The translations under genes were made by a program, and so were the position numbers. A stretch of 6,134 nucleotides of DNA from a virus, in IMG/VR virus record IMGVR_UViG_3300020029_000029, positions 1-6,134 of that record. One strand, written 5' to 3'. The first letter of the stretch is position 1. Each line of letters begins with the position of its first letter. Below the pieces are notes generated by a model. That model searched no databases and had not been told where the DNA came from. It was given only the letters and a program-made list of their open reading frames with translations. This document shows, piece after piece, positions 3,715 through 6,134 of the stretch.

Positions 3715-5214
3715 ATGTCGCTGTTCAACCCCTTTTGCAAGTGTCTGAATCCTCAACGGATTGTTAACCCTTATACAAATGAAGCTATTACTGTTCCTTG
3801 TGGACATTGTAAAGCTTGTATTTTGGCTAAGAACTCCCGATATGCATTTCAGTGTGATTTGGAAAGTTATTCTTCTAAACATACGTTGTTTATTACGCTT
3901 ACTTATGCGAATCGTTTTATACCTCGTGCACAGTTTGTCGATTCTGTGGAAAGGCCTTATGGGCATGACCTCGTAGATGTTGAAACTGGTGAATATCTTG
4001 GTGCTGCTGATTTGCCAATAAAGGAGATTGAACGTTTACAGGACAAATTTCACTTATTTGGTTATCTTCCTTATTTGAGGAAATTTGATTTACAGTTGTT
4101 TTTTAAAAGATTTCGTTATTATGTTACAAAAAGATTCCCCAAAGAAAAAGTGCGTTATTTTGCGATTGGCGAATACGGACCTGTACACTTCCGCCCGCAT
4201 TATCATATCTTATTATTCCTCCAATCAGATGAAATCTTACAGGTATGTTCAGCGTCTGTATCTGAGGCTTGGCCCTATGGTCGTGTCGACTGTCAAATAT
4301 CCCAAGGTAAGTGTTCATCATACGTTGCGGGTTATGTTAATAGCAGTGTGTCTGTACCCGAAGTTCTTACATTACCTACCCTCTGTCCATTCTGCGTTCA
4401 TTCTCACAAACTGGGTCAAGGCTTTTTGCAAAGTGAACGAACGAAAGTATACTCACTTACCCCTGAGCAGTTTGTTAAGCGAAGCATCGTTATCAATGGA
4501 AAATATAAAGAGTTTGATGTATGGCGGTCGGCTTACGCTTACTTCTTCCCCAAATGTAAAGGATTTGCTGATAAATCTTCATGTGAACGTGCTTACTCTT
4601 ATGGAATATATGATACAGCAAGGCGTCTATTCCCGTCCGCCGAAACGACGTTCGCGCTCGCGAAAGAAATAGTTGGTTATATTTATTATTTCCATAATAA
4701 GAGAGATACTTACTGCTTGGATATATTCGGGCAGGTTTCCGGTCAATCGAATTTATATCAGCTTGCCCAATATTTTTTTGAACCCGAGATAGTTAACTAT
4801 TCTCTTGATAGTATTGAGATGTGTCGTTATGTTCATCGTGTTTATACGGAACTTCTTCTTTCGAAACATTTCTTGTATTTTGTTTGCGATAGGCCTACCT
4901 TGTCGGAGCGTAAACGTAAGTTGAAGCTTATTGAGGAATTCTATTCTCGTTTGGATTATATGCATTTGAAAACATTTTTTGAAAATCAGCAATTATTCTA
5001 TGAAAGTGATTTAGTTGGTGACCTTGATTTGATGTCTGATTCTTGGGAGAATAGTTATTATCCATTTTTTTACGATAATGTTTATTTTAGCTCTTCGGTT
5101 TATAAGAAATCTCCTGTGTATAGGTTGTATGATATGCAGATAAATAAGTTGTTTTCTGACCGTATCAAACATAAGAAACTTAATGATTTGAATAAAATTT
5201 TCGTCGACGAATAA
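3715..5214 (+). CDS. VP4: VP4 replication initiation protein (phiX174 A-like HUH rolling-circle endonuclease), 499 aa from ATG 3715. An alternative GTG start lies at 3709.
   Basis: The N-terminal Cys cluster CKC...VPCGHCKAC is typical of microvirus VP4. FITLTY looks like motif 1. The HUH motif HYHILLF has cat tat cat at 4198..4206. The two-tyrosine motif SYVAGYVNS has Tyr codons at 4321..4323 and 4333..4335, the YxxxY pattern of superfamily I Rep proteins. Confidence 0.93.
   Translation: MSLFNPFCKCLNPQRIVNPYTNEAITVPCGHCKACILAKNSRYAFQCDLESYSSKHTLFITLTYANRFIPRAQFVDSVERPYGHDLVDVETGEYLGAADLPIKEIERLQDKFHLFGYLPYLRKFDLQLFFKRFRYYVTKRFPKEKVRYFAIGEYGPVHFRPHYHILLFLQSDEILQVCSASVSEAWPYGRVDCQISQGKCSSYVAGYVNSSVSVPEVLTLPTLCPFCVHSHKLGQGFLQSERTKVYSLTPEQFVKRSIVINGKYKEFDVWRSAYAYFFPKCKGFADKSSCERAYSYGIYDTARRLFPSAETTFALAKEIVGYIYYFHNKRDTYCLDIFGQVSGQSNLYQLAQYFFEPEIVNYSLDSIEMCRYVHRVYTELLLSKHFLYFVCDRPTLSERKRKLKLIEEFYSRLDYMHLKTFFENQQLFYESDLVGDLDLMSDSWENSYYPFFYDNVYFSSSVYKKSPVYRLYDMQINKLFSDRIKHKKLNDLNKIFVDE
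4651..4664. repeat. GC-rich palindrome TTCGCG-CT-CGCGAA inside VP4, within a CpG-rich island (about 4631..4665)
   Basis: Six-bp arms lie at 4651..4656 and 4659..4664 with a 2-nt spacer. It contains TCGCGA at 4658..4663. The surrounding 45 nt (4621..4665) are about 62% G+C by my hand count, in a visibly AT-rich genome. Confidence 0.8.
5200..5211. repeat. Perfect 12-nt palindrome TTCGTCGACGAA overlapping the end of VP4
   Basis: The sequence 5200..5211 equals its own reverse complement. It has the same outer arms (TTCG...CGAA) as the 4651..4664 palindrome. It sits at the last VP4 codons and 28 nt upstream of the VP1 ATG. Confidence 0.8.
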
Positions 5215-5239
5215 TGTTTAATTTAATTTTTTTAATGTT

Positions 5240-6134
5240 ATGGCAAATATTATGTCTTTAAAGTCCATACGTAATAAACCCTCGCGTAATGGATTTGATT
5301 TGTCCTTTAAGAAAAATTTCACTGCTAAAGCTGGTGAGTTATTGCCGGTTATGGTTAAGGAAGTCTTGCCTGGTGATACGTTTAAGATTAATCTTAAGGC
5401 TTTTACGCGTACTCAACCTGTTAATACTGCTGCATTTGCGCGTATTAGAGAGTATTATGATTTTTTCTTTGTCCCTTATGATTTGTTGTGGAACAAGTCG
5501 AATACAGTGTTGACACAGATGCTGGACAATCCGCAACATGCTGTTTCTCTGGACCCTACATCGAATTTTGTTCTGAATGGTGAGATGCCATATACTACAT
5601 CTCAGTCTATTGCTAATTATCTTAATTTTGTTCATAATGCTTCGCAATATTCGGCTTTTAGATCTAATTATTTGGGTTATGACCGCGCTCTTTGTTCTGT
5701 TAAATTGTTAGAATATTTAGGCTATGGTAATTATGAGTCGTTTCTTACGTCTGGTTGGCCTAATTCTCCTTTAATGTCTGATTTAAATCAAAATCTTTTT
5801 GGTTTGCTTGCTTATCAAAAAATATATTCAGATTTTTATCGTGATAGTCAATGGGAAAGAGTTTCACCTTCTACTTTTAATGTTGATTATTTGGACGGTT
5901 CTAATATGTTTGTTACTAATTATTATAATTCTGATCCTTTTGTTAAGAATTATAATATGTTTGATCTTCGTTATTGTAATTGGCAGAAAGATTTGTTTCA
6001 TGGTGTTCTTCCGCATCAACAATATGGAGCATCTTCTGTTGCTTCGATTACTCCGAATGTAACTGGTAGGCTTACGTTATCTAATTTCTCTACTGTTGGA
6101 ACTTCTCCTGCTACTGCGAGCGGTGTGGCTACTA
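5240..6134 (+). CDS. VP1: Major capsid protein VP1, N-terminal part. The unique portion is 5240..6013. Bases 6014..6134 duplicate 1..121, and the ORF continues to the stop at 966.
   Basis: ATG is at 5240. My manual translation is stop-free to the window end: MANIMSLKSIRNKPSRNGFDLSFKKNFTAKAGELLPVMVKEVLPGDTFKINLKAFTRTQPVNTAAFARIREYYDFFFVPYDLLW... This is the characteristic N-terminal signature of Microviridae major capsid proteins, closest to the Alpavirinae style as I recall it. The ORF is missing from the supplied track only because it has no in-window stop. The joined length is 1740 nt, or 579 aa. Confidence 0.93.
   Translation, partial: MANIMSLKSIRNKPSRNGFDLSFKKNFTAKAGELLPVMVKEVLPGDTFKINLKAFTRTQPVNTAAFARIREYYDFFFVPYDLLWNKSNTVLTQMLDNPQHAVSLDPTSNFVLNGEMPYTTSQSIANYLNFVHNASQYSAFRSNYLGYDRALCSVKLLEYLGYGNYESFLTSGWPNSPLMSDLNQNLFGLLAYQKIYSDFYRDSQWERVSPSTFNVDYLDGSNMFVTNYYNSDPFVKNYNMFDLRYCNWQKDLFHGVLPHQQYGASSVASITPNVTGRLTLSNFSTVGTSPATASGVAT
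6014..6134. repeat. Terminal direct repeat, copy B: exact duplicate of 1..121
   Basis: It is identical to 1..121 base for base, and the reading frame is preserved across the junction (6014 and 5240 are congruent mod 3). Confidence 0.97.

Noticed and set aside
4804-4810. CTTGATA inside rep, resembling the phiX174 origin core (CAACTTGATATTAATAAC, nicked after TG). The ungapped match is about 12 of 19 positions.
   Set aside because: The same 7-mer also occurs at 950..956 in VP1, and similar strings occur elsewhere. At this AT-rich composition a 7-mer match is expected by chance, and similarity decays immediately outside it. It is only worth testing if nicking assays are being done anyway.
5212-5222. 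taatgtttaat, resembling the XerD arm of bacterial dif (TTATGTTAAAT; 9 of 11). It could hint at XerCD-mediated prophage integration, as proposed for Bacteroidales microviral prophages.
   Set aside because: No matching XerC arm lies at the required 6-nt spacing upstream (aattttcgtc / gacgaa), the sequence is AT-rich low complexity, and I do not know the Bacteroidota dif consensus well enough to judge it.
286-5647. Minus-strand ORFs (286..582, 1780..2088, 2184..2468, 3703..3966, 4124..4321, 4753..4992, 5339..5647)
   Set aside because: All lie entirely inside well-supported + strand genes and are at most 102 aa. Their products are low-complexity Asn/Ile/Thr/Arg-rich sequences, as expected from reading the complement of T-rich coding DNA. 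Microviridae genomes are transcribed from one strand only.
855-5963. Additional TAnnTTTG matches at 855..862, 5623..5630, 5905..5912 and 5956..5963
   Set aside because: All lie inside the VP1 coding sequence. By my rough estimate about 5 matches are expected by chance at this composition, so they are not called as promoters. They are also the reason the intergenic boxes get only moderate confidence.
257-6062. Very hydrophobic + strand ORFs nested in VP1, VP2 and VP4 (257..442, 2227..2430, 3761..3976, 5289..5513, 5799..6062). These could be mistaken for phiX174 E-like overprinted lysis genes.
   Set aside because: All are in the frame that starts at codon position 2 of the host gene. T-ending codons put T in the middle of every overlapping codon, giving Leu/Ile/Phe/Val and no stop codons. 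At least three of them (2227, 3761, 5799) begin with TTG. Composition explains them, although only comparative analysis could fully exclude one of them being real.

Overview
The window is one complete, circularly permuted Microviridae (ssDNA phage) genome with a unit length of 6,013 nt. It also carries an exact 121-nt terminal duplication (1..121 = 6014..6134), so this is a circular contig linearised inside the major capsid gene. All credible genes are on the + strand. They are VP1 major capsid (5240..6013 joined to 1..966, 579 aa), a 159-aa ORF (984..1463), VP2 pilot/minor capsid protein (1650..2741), four small ORFan genes (2776..3712, two of them membrane proteins) and the VP4 HUH rolling-circle replication initiator (3715..5214). 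Several signals point to an Alpavirinae-like phage of a Bacteroidota host: the VP1/VP2/VP4 signatures, strongly T-ending codons, no Shine-Dalgarno sequences, and TAnnTTTG boxes concentrated in the scarce intergenic DNA. I found no rRNA, tRNA, CRISPR array, transposase or integrase. Five things are worth a second look. (1) A moron-like promoter / 39-aa transmembrane ORF / terminator cassette and the wider ORFan block between VP2 and VP4; no lysis gene is otherwise recognisable. (2) A G/C-rich multi-hairpin, G4-capable island in the ORF159-VP2 spacer, a candidate complementary-strand origin. (3) A CpG-rich island with a palindrome inside the rep gene, plus a related palindrome at the rep stop codon. 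(4) A 183-195-codon open +1 frame inside rep ending in an Arg/Lys tail that coincides with that island; this is partly explained by composition. (5) An inverted repeat that would make a promoter -7 box double-stranded in the packaged ssDNA. All functional assignments for the small ORFs and cis elements are inference from the sequence and need homology searches or experiments.
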